Source of the DNA: Gemmatimonadota bacterium
GTDB taxonomy: Bacteria > Gemmatimonadota > Gemmatimonadetes > Gemmatimonadales > Gemmatimonadaceae
Assembly: GCA_031372565.1 (NCBI GenBank)
Contig: JANMLN010000085.1
Location: 1-43,211, forward strand
Length of the DNA: 43,211 bases
Direction: 5' to 3'
Shown here: one piece after another, positions 26,618 through 34,964 of the stretch
How the letters are laid out: each line of letters begins with the position of its first letter
How positions within the stretch are numbered: the first letter of the stretch is position 1
Position numbers and translations under genes: made by a program
The notes under the pieces: model-generated
Database searches by the model: none
What the model saw: the letters and a program-made list of their open reading frames with translations, nothing else
Told to the model about the DNA's origin: nothing

Positions 26618-29074
26618 CTACTCGTCGCCGAAATCGGGGCGCACGGTACCCGACTGCGACATGCGCATCTCCTCCGTCATGTCGCGCGGAGCGGGCTCCT
26701 CCGGCTCGGCATCCCGGTCTTCCTGATAGTACTCCGACAGGTACGAGTAATAGGCATATTCGCCTTCCGTCGTCACGTCGTTCAGGATCGCACCGAGCAC
26801 GCTCATCGGGAGCTTGTCGAGCACGCGCAGCTTGGCCTCCGCCATCTTGCGGTCCGTCTCACCCGCGCGCAGCACGATCGCCACGTGCCCGGAGCAGATG
26901 CCAAGCGCGAGCGCGTCCGCGCCGGCGCCGAGCGGCGGGGAGTCGATGATGAGCACGTCGTACTGGGGCTTGAGCGCGCGGAACATCTGCTCGAGCGGGG
27001 AGTTCAGCATCTCCGGCGCGCGCGCCGTGCGCGTGCCGCAGGGGATGAGCGCCAGGTTCGGCTGAACCTCGGGACGGATCGCGTCCAGCAGTGTGGCGCG
27101 ACCCGCCAGCACGTCCACCATGCCGGGCACCTGCGGCACGGAGAAGGCCGAGTGGAGCGCCCCACGGCGCACGTCGCCGTCGATCAGCAGCGTCCGCAGT
27201 CCCGCCTCGGCAAACGAGACGGCCAGGTTGGACGAGATCAGCGACTTTCCGTCGCCCGACATCGGCGAGGTGATCGTGAGCGTCACGGGCTCACCCGGCG
27301 GCGTGAGGTGCTGGAGCGAGAGTCGCAGCGTTCGGAATGCTTCCACGACCTGCGCCGTGGTGACGGGATCGCGCTCCCCACGTCGCGTGAGCTTGAGACT
27401 CGGCACGAAGCCGATGATGTCGAGCCCGAGTTCGTTGGTCGCCTGCTCCGGGTACCGGAAGCGGCGGTCGAACCGGTCGAGCAAGAAGGCGATCAGGATG
27501 CCAAGCGCCAGGCCACCGACGATGCCACCCGCGATCAGGACCGACGTGGTGCTCTTGGTCGGCTCCATGGGCGCGACCGCGGTATCGATGACGGACACGT
27601 CGGCGTCGGTGTTCTCGGACGACATGCGCACGTCGTTGAAGCGCGTCAGCAGCGCCGTGTAGAGCTGGTTGGTCACTTCCACGTCCCGGCGCAGGCGCAT
27701 CTCCTCGATGCTGCGCGCCGGAATCTTCTTGAGTTCCGCTTCGGCGCCCGCCAGACGCTGCGCCATCTGCTCCTCCTTGCGTCGGAGCTGGTCGAGCATG
27801 CCGAGCGCGGCCTGCGGAATGGTCTGTGACTGCAGGATGCGCACCGCCTCGGCGAGTTCCTTGACCGTCTTGAAGTCGTCGCTGTAGAACTGGCGGGCCG
27901 TGCGCAGGCGCGCCTGACCCTGGGTCAGCTCGTCGAGGGCCGTCTTGAGGGCTGGCGAACCTTGCACCACGCTGGGCAAGGCGATCAGGGCTTCGGCCGT
28001 GATCACGCCCGGGGTCGCCCCGGTGCGGGAATCCGAGATCAGCCGTTCGAGCTGCTCACGGTCACGACGGACCATGTCGAACTGGAATTTCTCGTCGAAG
28101 AAGCCCTTGAAGACCGGGTCGTTGTTCGCCTGCGTCCCAGCCGCCATGATCGCGCCATTCTCGCTCGGTTCCGTGATCGTGCGAACCTTGAACGTCTCGA
28201 GCGCCGTCTCGGCGTCCTTGAGGCGCTGCTGGGCCGTCTGCACCTGCTGCTCGAGCACGTTGCTGAAGTCCACCACGTTCCGCGTCTTCAGGCGGTTCGA
28301 CACCGAGGTGAACTCCTCGAGCCACCGGTTGAGCGTCGTGGCGGCCATCTCGCCATTCTCTCCGGACAGCTTGAGCCGGATGAAGTTGGTAAAGGGCGGA
28401 ATGAGCGCGACGAACTGCTTGCGCAGATCGATCGAGGCTTCGCGCGGTGTGCGCACCGTGAACTTGATGTTCTTGTCGGGACCGGGGGAGCGCGGCACCC
28501 ACATGAAGCCGACCTTCGATCCGACCGAGTCACCGAAGGCGCCCTTGTCGAGATCGATCGCGGCGCGCGTCAGCACCCAATTCTTGCCCGTCCGGTCCGT
28601 CTTCAGTGTGTACTCACCGCCGAGCATCCGGTCCTTGATCTTGAATCCGCGGAGGATGGTCGAGTCCTTGGGCGACTCCGCCTCGACAAACAATCCGACC
28701 CGGCGCACCACCTGGTCGGTGACCTCAAACGAGTTGAGGAGCTCGATCCAGCCCTGCTGGCTGATCAGCTCCTGCGCCTGCCCGGGCCCGCCTCCGCCGA
28801 AACGCTTGGAGTCGCCGCGCAGGAAGATGTTCGCCTGTACCTCGTAGAGCGGCTTCACGAACCGCGTGGTCACGAAGCCGCCGATGCCACCGATCACGAG
28901 AAAGGCGAGGACCCACCACCGGTGGCGCTTGATCGCGCCCGCAAGCCGCGCCACCTGATTGACCGGCTGCACGGACCCGCCTGTCGGGGGCCCGGGGGAG
29001 TAGGCAGGCGGGAACGCCTGCGGCTGCTCCTGGAGCGGTCTTGAGGCGTAGCTGGGGACGAGTTGGTTTGCCAT
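26618..29074 (-). CDS. wzc: Wzc-type polysaccharide co-polymerase / tyrosine autokinase
   Basis: Two TM helices flanking a coiled-coil region; EAFRTLR; Walker A SPMSGDGKS, A' LLIDGDVRR, B LIIDSPP; Tyr cluster EYAYYSYLSEYY. Confidence 0.95.
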   Translation of the reverse strand: MANQLVPSYASRPLQEQPQAFPPAYSPGPPTGGSVQPVNQVARLAGAIKRHRWWVLAFLVIGGIGGFVTTRFVKPLYEVQANIFLRGDSKRFGGGGPGQAQELISQQGWIELLNSFEVTDQVVRRVGLFVEAESPKDSTILRGFKIKDRMLGGEYTLKTDRTGKNWVLTRAAIDLDKGAFGDSVGSKVGFMWVPRSPGPDKNIKFTVRTPREASIDLRKQFVALIPPFTNFIRLKLSGENGEMAATTLNRWLEEFTSVSNRLKTRNVVDFSNVLEQQVQTAQQRLKDAETALETFKVRTITEPSENGAIMAAGTQANNDPVFKGFFDEKFQFDMVRRDREQLERLISDSRTGATPGVITAEALIALPSVVQGSPALKTALDELTQGQARLRTARQFYSDDFKTVKELAEAVRILQSQTIPQAALGMLDQLRRKEEQMAQRLAGAEAELKKIPARSIEEMRLRRDVEVTNQLYTALLTRFNDVRMSSENTDADVSVIDTAVAPMEPTKSTTSVLIAGGIVGGLALGILIAFLLDRFDRRFRYPEQATNELGLDIIGFVPSLKLTRRGERDPVTTAQVVEAFRTLRLSLQHLTPPGEPVTLTITSPMSGDGKSLISSNLAVSFAEAGLRTLLIDGDVRRGALHSAFSVPQVPGMVDVLAGRATLLDAIRPEVQPNLALIPCGTRTARAPEMLNSPLEQMFRALKPQYDVLIIDSPPLGAGADALALGICSGHVAIVLRAGETDRKMAEAKLRVLDKLPMSVLGAILNDVTTEGEYAYYSYLSEYYQEDRDAEPEEPAPRDMTEEMRMSQSGTVRPDFGDE

Positions 29075-29256
29075 CGATTCAAAAATCTCGGTGTCGTCGA
29101 GTGCGGCGGAGGGTCAGGACCGAACGAGGACCCGCGAACGGGCTCCCATCCTGACCGGAAAAGACGAAGCAGGGATGCCCCCGCCACTGAACCGCGCTGA
29201 AAGCTATGTGTGGAGAGGATGCAACGCGCGGCGGCTTGGAGCGTCTGTACTGTGAT

Positions 29257-29272
29257 TGCAAGGGCTGGGCCA
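29257..29272 (-). promoter_or_regulatory. Candidate sigma54 (-24/-12) promoter for wzc
   Basis: Minus strand reads (C)TGGCCCA-GCCC-TTGCA with exact GG-N10-GC spacing, divergent from the sigma54 activator gene. Confidence 0.65.
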
Positions 29273-29458
29273 GCGTCCCGGCTGGACCACCGCTCCCCGA
29301 AGGGCCCTCACCGACCCTCCTACCATGGTTTCGGCCGGAGTTCGGCTAACTTGGGCCTGCGGCACGCTGGACTATGCGGCGTGGATCACCAATATTGCTC
29401 ATCCCCCTGTTGCACGTGAGCCACGCCCCCCTCCGGGGCCCTGTCGAGTCCTCGCTAC

Positions 29459-31000
29459 ATGGCTCCATCGCCAAGCCGAAATCACGCCGAGTTCACCGCC
29501 GCCGACGCCGGGGCGATTGCCGACGCGTCCGCCTTGCCGGCCGAGTTCAAGGCTGAGCTGCGCGTCCTGATCGTCGACGACGACCGCACCCTCCGCGAAG
29601 GGTGTGTGTCCGTGATGGAGTCCGAGGGTTATCAGGTCACGTCGACTGGACGCGGTGACGAGGCCATCAGCCTCGTCCAGTCCAAGAAGTGGGATATCGT
29701 CTTGTGCGACCTCTTCCTCACGCCGATCACCGGCATGGAGGTGCTCAAGGCGACACTCACGCACCACAAGGACACCATCGTCGTCATGATGACCGGGAAT
29801 CCGAGCATCACGACATCGATCGAGGCACTGCGCGAGGGGGCGTGGGACTACCTCCCCAAACCCTTCGCCGCGACGCACCTCCAGGTGCTCATCGGCCGCG
29901 CGTCGCACGCCATCAAGGTGGCCCGCGAAACGCGCGACATGGATGCGCAGGCAACGCGGGACAGCGGCAACTCGGACAAGATGGTGCTGCTCGGCATCTC
30001 CCCTCCCTTCCGGAAGGCCGTGGAGCTGGCCCGCCGCGTGGCGGCCACGGATGCCTCGGTGATGATCACCGGCGAGAGCGGCACCGGCAAGGAACTGATC
30101 GCGCAGTTCATTCATCGGCACTCGCGTCGCGCCTCACGGCCGTTGGTGGCCATCAACTGCGCGGCCATGCCTGAGCCGCTGCTCGAGTCCGAGATGTTCG
30201 GTCATCGGAAGGGCGCGTTCACCGGGGCCGACCGCGACAAGCCCGGCCTCCTCGAGACCGCCAATGGTGGCACGCTCTTCCTCGACGAGCTGACGGAGAT
30301 GCCGCTCTCGATCCAGGCCAAACTGCTCCGCGTCTTGCAGGATGGCGTGGTGCGGCGCGTCGGATCAGAGCAGGTCGACGCGATCGTCAACGTGCGCTTC
30401 ATCTCGGCCACGAACCGGGAGCCGGCGGACGCGGCCGCGACCGGCATTCTCCGCGAAGATCTGCTGTACCGCCTGCGCGTGGTGCCGATCAAGCTGCCGT
30501 CGCTCCGGCAGCGCACGGAAGACATTCCGCTGCTGGCCCACCACTTTCTCGCGCACTATTGGGGCCGTCACCACGGCGGGACCGAGGCGCAGCCCAAGTT
30601 CTCCGACGAAGCGATTGCCTTCCTGCGCACCCGTCCGTGGCGCGGCAATGTGCGTGAACTGCAGAACGTCATCGAGCATCTTGCCGTGCTGGCCGAGGCC
30701 GGCAGCATCGTGCGTCCCGACGACATTCCGCTGCACGAGGAGGAGGGTGGCCTGTCCCGCAACGCCGCGGGCTCGGAGAGCGCCTTCCCGCCAAACGTGA
30801 TGAGCGAGGCGTACCACGCGGCCAAGGAAAAGGTGATCGCGCTCTTCGAACGCGAGTACCTGAGCCGGCTGACGGCCCGCGCGGGCTTCAACATGTCGAA
30901 GGCGGCGCGGCTGGCCGATATCGACCGGACCACGCTCTACCGTCTGATGGAGAAGCACGGCATCCGGCGAGACGAACCCGTCGAGACGACCGAGGGGTAG
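29459..31000 (+). CDS. Sigma54-dependent response regulator (NtrC/AtoC family: REC-AAA+-HTH)
   Basis: VLIVDDD, IVLCD, LPKP; GESGTGKE, ESEMFGH, GAFTGA, LFLDE, REDLLYRL, WRGNVRELQN; Fis-type HTH NMSKAARLADIDRTTLYR. Confidence 0.96.
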   Translation: MAPSPSRNHAEFTAADAGAIADASALPAEFKAELRVLIVDDDRTLREGCVSVMESEGYQVTSTGRGDEAISLVQSKKWDIVLCDLFLTPITGMEVLKATLTHHKDTIVVMMTGNPSITTSIEALREGAWDYLPKPFAATHLQVLIGRASHAIKVARETRDMDAQATRDSGNSDKMVLLGISPPFRKAVELARRVAATDASVMITGESGTGKELIAQFIHRHSRRASRPLVAINCAAMPEPLLESEMFGHRKGAFTGADRDKPGLLETANGGTLFLDELTEMPLSIQAKLLRVLQDGVVRRVGSEQVDAIVNVRFISATNREPADAAATGILREDLLYRLRVVPIKLPSLRQRTEDIPLLAHHFLAHYWGRHHGGTEAQPKFSDEAIAFLRTRPWRGNVRELQNVIEHLAVLAEAGSIVRPDDIPLHEEEGGLSRNAAGSESAFPPNVMSEAYHAAKEKVIALFEREYLSRLTARAGFNMSKAARLADIDRTTLYRLMEKHGIRRDEPVETTEG

Positions 31001-31001
31001 G

Positions 31002-32177
31002 ATGAACCCGCTGCAGCGCTCGAGCGGACCGCACACCCCGCGCTCCTCACAGTCGATCGGCGCCCGGATCGTGACGCCGCCGGGCCTCGAGGCGATCGAA
31101 GCCCGGCGTCCAACGCCGCGCCCCGCGCTGCGCAGCGGCATCGTGTGGGCGGCGCTGGCTCGGGCCGTCGACTCGCTGTGTGCGGACGAGGCCCATGTGC
31201 GCCCCGTGGGCGTGTCGCGCGAGGTGCTCTCGGACGCGCTCGCCGCCGTCGAAGCAGCCGTCCATCTGGCCTTCGACGGGGCGACTCCGACGATGGGCGC
31301 GATTCCAAGCTTCGTCTACGCGAACCGCGTCGCGGGGACACTCCGGAACACCTTTCTGCATGAAGTCGACGCGAATCCGGTGGCCGATTCCCGCGAACTG
31401 ACGCGCATGCTGATCGCGTTCGAGCGCGTGGAGGAAGCGCTGGAAGCTGATGCGGGACAGCGATTCCTGACCAAGCTCTCGGGGATCGAGGCGCCCAAGC
31501 TGCTGGCTGAGGTGGCGCACGACATGCGCTCGCCCTTGGGATCGATCCTCTTTCTGGCCGAGCGGCTCCGCAACGGACAATCGGGTCCGGTCACCACGCT
31601 CCAGGCGCGTCAGCTGGGGCTGGTCTACTCAGCCGCGCTCGGCCTGTCGGGACTCGCGAACGACGTCATGGAACTCGCTCGCGGCGGACTGCGCCTGATG
31701 GATCCCGAGCCGGTGCCGTTCTCGGTCGCCGATATCATGCAGCAAACGATCAACATCGTGCGCCCGATGGCCGAGGAAAAGGGATTGCTGCTCGAGGCCA
31801 CCGTGCCAGAACTGGACGGGCGCATCGGCTTTCCCGCGGCGCTCCAGCGCGTACTGCTCAATCTGACAACCAACGCCCTCAAGTTCACCGAGAAGGGATC
31901 GGTTCGGCTGGCTGGCGAGCAGATCGACCGGTTGCGGCTCGAGTTTTCGGTCAGCGACACCGGCCGCGGCATTCCACCGGCCGTGATGCACACGCTGTTC
32001 GATGCATTCCGCATGCGCGGGCCGAACAGCGACTACTTCTTTTCGAGCGCCGGGCTCGGATTGGCCACCTGCCACAAGCTGATCGCGGCCATGGGCGGCG
32101 AACTCAAGGTGGACTCCCTCGTGGACCGCGGCACGCGCTTCAGCTTTCAGCTGGAGCTGCCGTCGGCGATGGGGTAG
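31002..32177 (+). CDS. Cytoplasmic sensor histidine kinase
   Basis: H-box AHDMRSPL, N-box LLNLTTNALKFT, G1 VSDTGRGI, G2 AGLGLA; no evident TM helix. Confidence 0.92.
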   Translation: MNPLQRSSGPHTPRSSQSIGARIVTPPGLEAIEARRPTPRPALRSGIVWAALARAVDSLCADEAHVRPVGVSREVLSDALAAVEAAVHLAFDGATPTMGAIPSFVYANRVAGTLRNTFLHEVDANPVADSRELTRMLIAFERVEEALEADAGQRFLTKLSGIEAPKLLAEVAHDMRSPLGSILFLAERLRNGQSGPVTTLQARQLGLVYSAALGLSGLANDVMELARGGLRLMDPEPVPFSVADIMQQTINIVRPMAEEKGLLLEATVPELDGRIGFPAALQRVLLNLTTNALKFTEKGSVRLAGEQIDRLRLEFSVSDTGRGIPPAVMHTLFDAFRMRGPNSDYFFSSAGLGLATCHKLIAAMGGELKVDSLVDRGTRFSFQLELPSAMG

Positions 32178-32198
32178 CGCTGAGGCCGACCCGCCGCC

Positions 32199-32552
32199 CT
32201 ACGGCACGACGTTGATGACCGCCACGCCGCGCTTGCCGCTCATGGTCCCGAGCACCTCGGTACGGCCCACGCGCAGTCCCTTGACGTAGCCCGCCGACGA
32301 CACGGAAATCAGGATCGGGTTGCCAGCGGTGAACGTCACCGTCCCCGACGTCAAATTGCCGCCGCCTTTGCCGACCAACTTGAACGCAACCTTGACCGAG
32401 TCGCCGACTCGGAGGTCGCTCGAATCGGGGGTGAAGACGATCGACTCGAGCCGCTGGTCGTCGGTCAGCACGCCGAGCGGGCCGAACGGGTCGCAGGCGG
32501 CGAGCGCGACCGCCAGGACGCCCACCGCCAGACAGGAATGGCGCCGTGTCAT
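32199..32552 (-). CDS. Small lipoprotein with a single Ig-like (Big_2) domain
   Basis: Lipobox LAAC; ISVSSAGYVKGLRVGRTEV; ATGA overlap with the upstream gene. Confidence 0.75.
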   Translation of the reverse strand: MTRRHSCLAVGVLAVALAACDPFGPLGVLTDDQRLESIVFTPDSSDLRVGDSVKVAFKLVGKGGGNLTSGTVTFTAGNPILISVSSAGYVKGLRVGRTEVLGTMSGKRGVAVINVVP

Positions 32553-33682
32553 CGGACGCCCTCCCCGACGAAGCGCAGGCGGACCAATCGTCCACCGGCC
32601 AGCGCGCGGTTGTGGTCTGCGACGCGCGCCGAATCAGCGGCGTACTGGAGCCGAAGCTCCCGATTCCGGCGCACATTCTCGGTGCTCGGGAAGGCCACAG
32701 GGGACTCGTAGCTTCGGGAGAACCCCGTGACCGCATACCAGGACCCAAAGCCGAGGAAGCCCACGCCGCCGAGATAGCTGCCCGCAATCATCAGCCGCTG
32801 TCCGGAGCCCTTGGGTGACTCGTCGATTGCGGTCTGGTAGTTGGCATTGCTGTACGCGGCCAGAATGCCCCCAACGGCGAGCATCCAGATCCCTCGTGTG
32901 ATACGATCGCGCTTGGTCACTTCATCAACGCGGTTGAAGGTCACCGTTTCTGGCAGGAAGCGGGGCGTCGTCGGCATGGCGAGTCGGCGGTCGTTGCTGG
33001 CCGAGAGGACCTCGACCTCGGCGCGCCGCCGGGCAAAGCCGGCGACCTCACTCCCGGGCGCCCGGGCCTCGAGGATCATCTCCCACATGCCCGCCGAGAT
33101 CGGCTGTCCGCGAACGTTCCCGTCCCAGCGCGCCACCTGTCCCTCTTCGCCACGCCACGCCACCAACGTGTCCGTCGACCCTGTGCGCAGGAGCAGGAAT
33201 CGCATCTGGGCACTGTAGCGGCGCTCGGTCGGCGGAACCTCGAACGTATAGTCGATCCGCGCGGCACTATCGAGGCCGGGCACGAACTCGAGCGGAGCGA
33301 GCTCGAAGGCGTTCAGCAGCGGGACCCGGGTGCGGGCCCGACGCCACGCGTCGAGCAGCTCTGCGCTGTGCGTGACCGGATCGGGGCGAAGCGTGGGATC
33401 GGTCACGACGGCCAACTCGAGCGCCTTCGACGCATCACTGTCGCGCTTGAGGCGGAAGAGGGCAAAGCCGCGATACAAGAGCGCGACCGCGCGGTCGGGC
33501 GAGGTCAGCGTGGGGCGGTCGGCAATACGCGCCAGATCGGACGCGGCCGCGTCGAAACGTCCCGACTGGTAGGTCTGGATGGCCCGCCTGAGCTCGGCAT
33601 CGAGCGCAAACTGGGCGTGCGCGGCACGGGGCAGTGCGACGCCGAGGAGCACGAGGGTGAGGACGCGCGCGAGGTGGATCAC
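32549..33682 (-). CDS. Exported TPR-containing protein with C-terminal hydrophobic segments
   Basis: Signal peptide ending AHA; TPR-like AIQTYQSGRFDAA and ALLYRGFALFRL; two hydrophobic segments near the C-terminus; GTGA overlap with the upstream gene. Confidence 0.7.
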   Translation of the reverse strand: MIHLARVLTLVLLGVALPRAAHAQFALDAELRRAIQTYQSGRFDAAASDLARIADRPTLTSPDRAVALLYRGFALFRLKRDSDASKALELAVVTDPTLRPDPVTHSAELLDAWRRARTRVPLLNAFELAPLEFVPGLDSAARIDYTFEVPPTERRYSAQMRFLLLRTGSTDTLVAWRGEEGQVARWDGNVRGQPISAGMWEMILEARAPGSEVAGFARRRAEVEVLSASNDRRLAMPTTPRFLPETVTFNRVDEVTKRDRITRGIWMLAVGGILAAYSNANYQTAIDESPKGSGQRLMIAGSYLGGVGFLGFGSWYAVTGFSRSYESPVAFPSTENVRRNRELRLQYAADSARVADHNRALAGGRLVRLRFVGEGVR

Positions 33683-34776
33683 GGAACGATGATGAAGTTG
33701 TTGCTGCGTGCCGTGTCTGGTTCCGTCGCGCTCACCGCACGCAACTTGTAACAGGTACCCGGGAAGCAGGTCAGATCGATCGAGATGCCGCTGAAGGTGG
33801 CGACGCCCGCGACGGCGTTCAGCGTGGTCGTTCCGCTCAAGACGGCCGTGTTACCCGGCGGCCGCGAGTCGAACTCGAGCGTGACCGCCTGCGAGAAGGT
33901 GGTGGCCACATTGCCCATCGAATCGGTCACGGTGGCGGCGAGCGGCGGATTGAATGGCACGGTCGCCGAGTTGGTACCCGGCGCCTGCGAGAACACGATC
34001 TTGCGCGGCGTACCGTGCGTGACGGCAAAGACATTGGTGACGGCAGTCGTCAGCGTCCGACCCGGCGAGTTGGCCTGCAGCGTGAAGTTGGTGGCGGTCG
34101 CCTTGATGCGGAGCGAGTCAAAGCGTGCAACGCCGTTTCGGGCGGTGACCGTCGCGTTGACCGGCTGCGTGTTCACACCGGTCAGGACCTGGAGCAGCAC
34201 GAGCCCCGAGTCGTTGGCGACCGTGTTTCCCGTGGCATCCTGCACGAGCACCTGGGGCGGCGGCACCATGATCTCGCCGGCGATCACCGTGGAGGGCTGG
34301 ACGCTGAAGGCGAGCTTGGCTGCCGCGCCGACCGCGACCGCGAAGGGGACGCTGACCGCGCCGGTGAGCCCGCGCGAGGTGGCAATGATGCGGAAGCTGG
34401 ACGCAGCGCGCTTGAGCACGAGCGGGCCGAAGGTGGCCTCGCCAAAGGCCGTCTGCACGACCGTTTGTCCGAGCAGCGTGTCGCGCGGGTCGGTCGAGTC
34501 GAGCGACAGGGCAATGTCGACGCCGTTGCGCAGCACGGCATTGGCGCCCGACGTGTCGACGATGCGGACCTTGAAGCCGAAGGGCACCCCCGCCACGATG
34601 CTGGACGGTTGGCTCTGGAAGGAGAGCCGGTCGCCCGCGGGCAGGAATGGATCGACGGCAGACACCTTGGTGCACCCGAGGAACGATGCCGCGAGTGCAC
34701 CGAGGGCGACCACGAACTGTCGGGTGCTGGCGGGACGACGCGTCCCGAAGGGTCGAGAAATGCTCACGAGGGCCAT
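33679..34776 (-). CDS. Putative lipoprotein with three tandem Ig-like repeats
   Basis: Likely start ATG 34776; FLGC lipobox-like; repeats RLSFQSQPS..GEATF, KLAFSVQPS..GVARF, KIVFSQAPG..GVATF. Confidence 0.75.
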   Translation of the reverse strand: MALVSISRPFGTRRPASTRQFVVALGALAASFLGCTKVSAVDPFLPAGDRLSFQSQPSSIVAGVPFGFKVRIVDTSGANAVLRNGVDIALSLDSTDPRDTLLGQTVVQTAFGEATFGPLVLKRAASSFRIIATSRGLTGAVSVPFAVAVGAAAKLAFSVQPSTVIAGEIMVPPPQVLVQDATGNTVANDSGLVLLQVLTGVNTQPVNATVTARNGVARFDSLRIKATATNFTLQANSPGRTLTTAVTNVFAVTHGTPRKIVFSQAPGTNSATVPFNPPLAATVTDSMGNVATTFSQAVTLEFDSRPPGNTAVLSGTTTLNAVAGVATFSGISIDLTCFPGTCYKLRAVSATEPDTARSNNFIIVP

Positions 34777-34821
34777 GAAAGAGTAAACAAATGACGGGCC
34801 GCACAACATCGTCCCACCGGC

Positions 34822-34850
34822 AAACTAGGGACGAGCGAGCGACCATTCCA
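34822..34850 (-). promoter_or_regulatory. Candidate sigma70 promoter for the Ig/TPR operon
   Basis: Minus strand reads TGGAAT-17 nt-TAGTTT. Confidence 0.3.
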
Positions 34851-34964
34851 GCACGAGATAGGCGTACACCGGTTGGCGGATGAGCGATCCAATCCGCCAC
34901 GTGACGGAGGTCACGGGAGGAAGCGCCTGGCGCACCACCCTACCAGAGCAGGATGCGTGCCGCG

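Noticed and set aside
34874..34899. Hairpin tggcggat-N10-atccgcca as an ncRNA
   Set aside because: A single 8-bp stem with no U-tract or family features; at most a weak terminator or operator.
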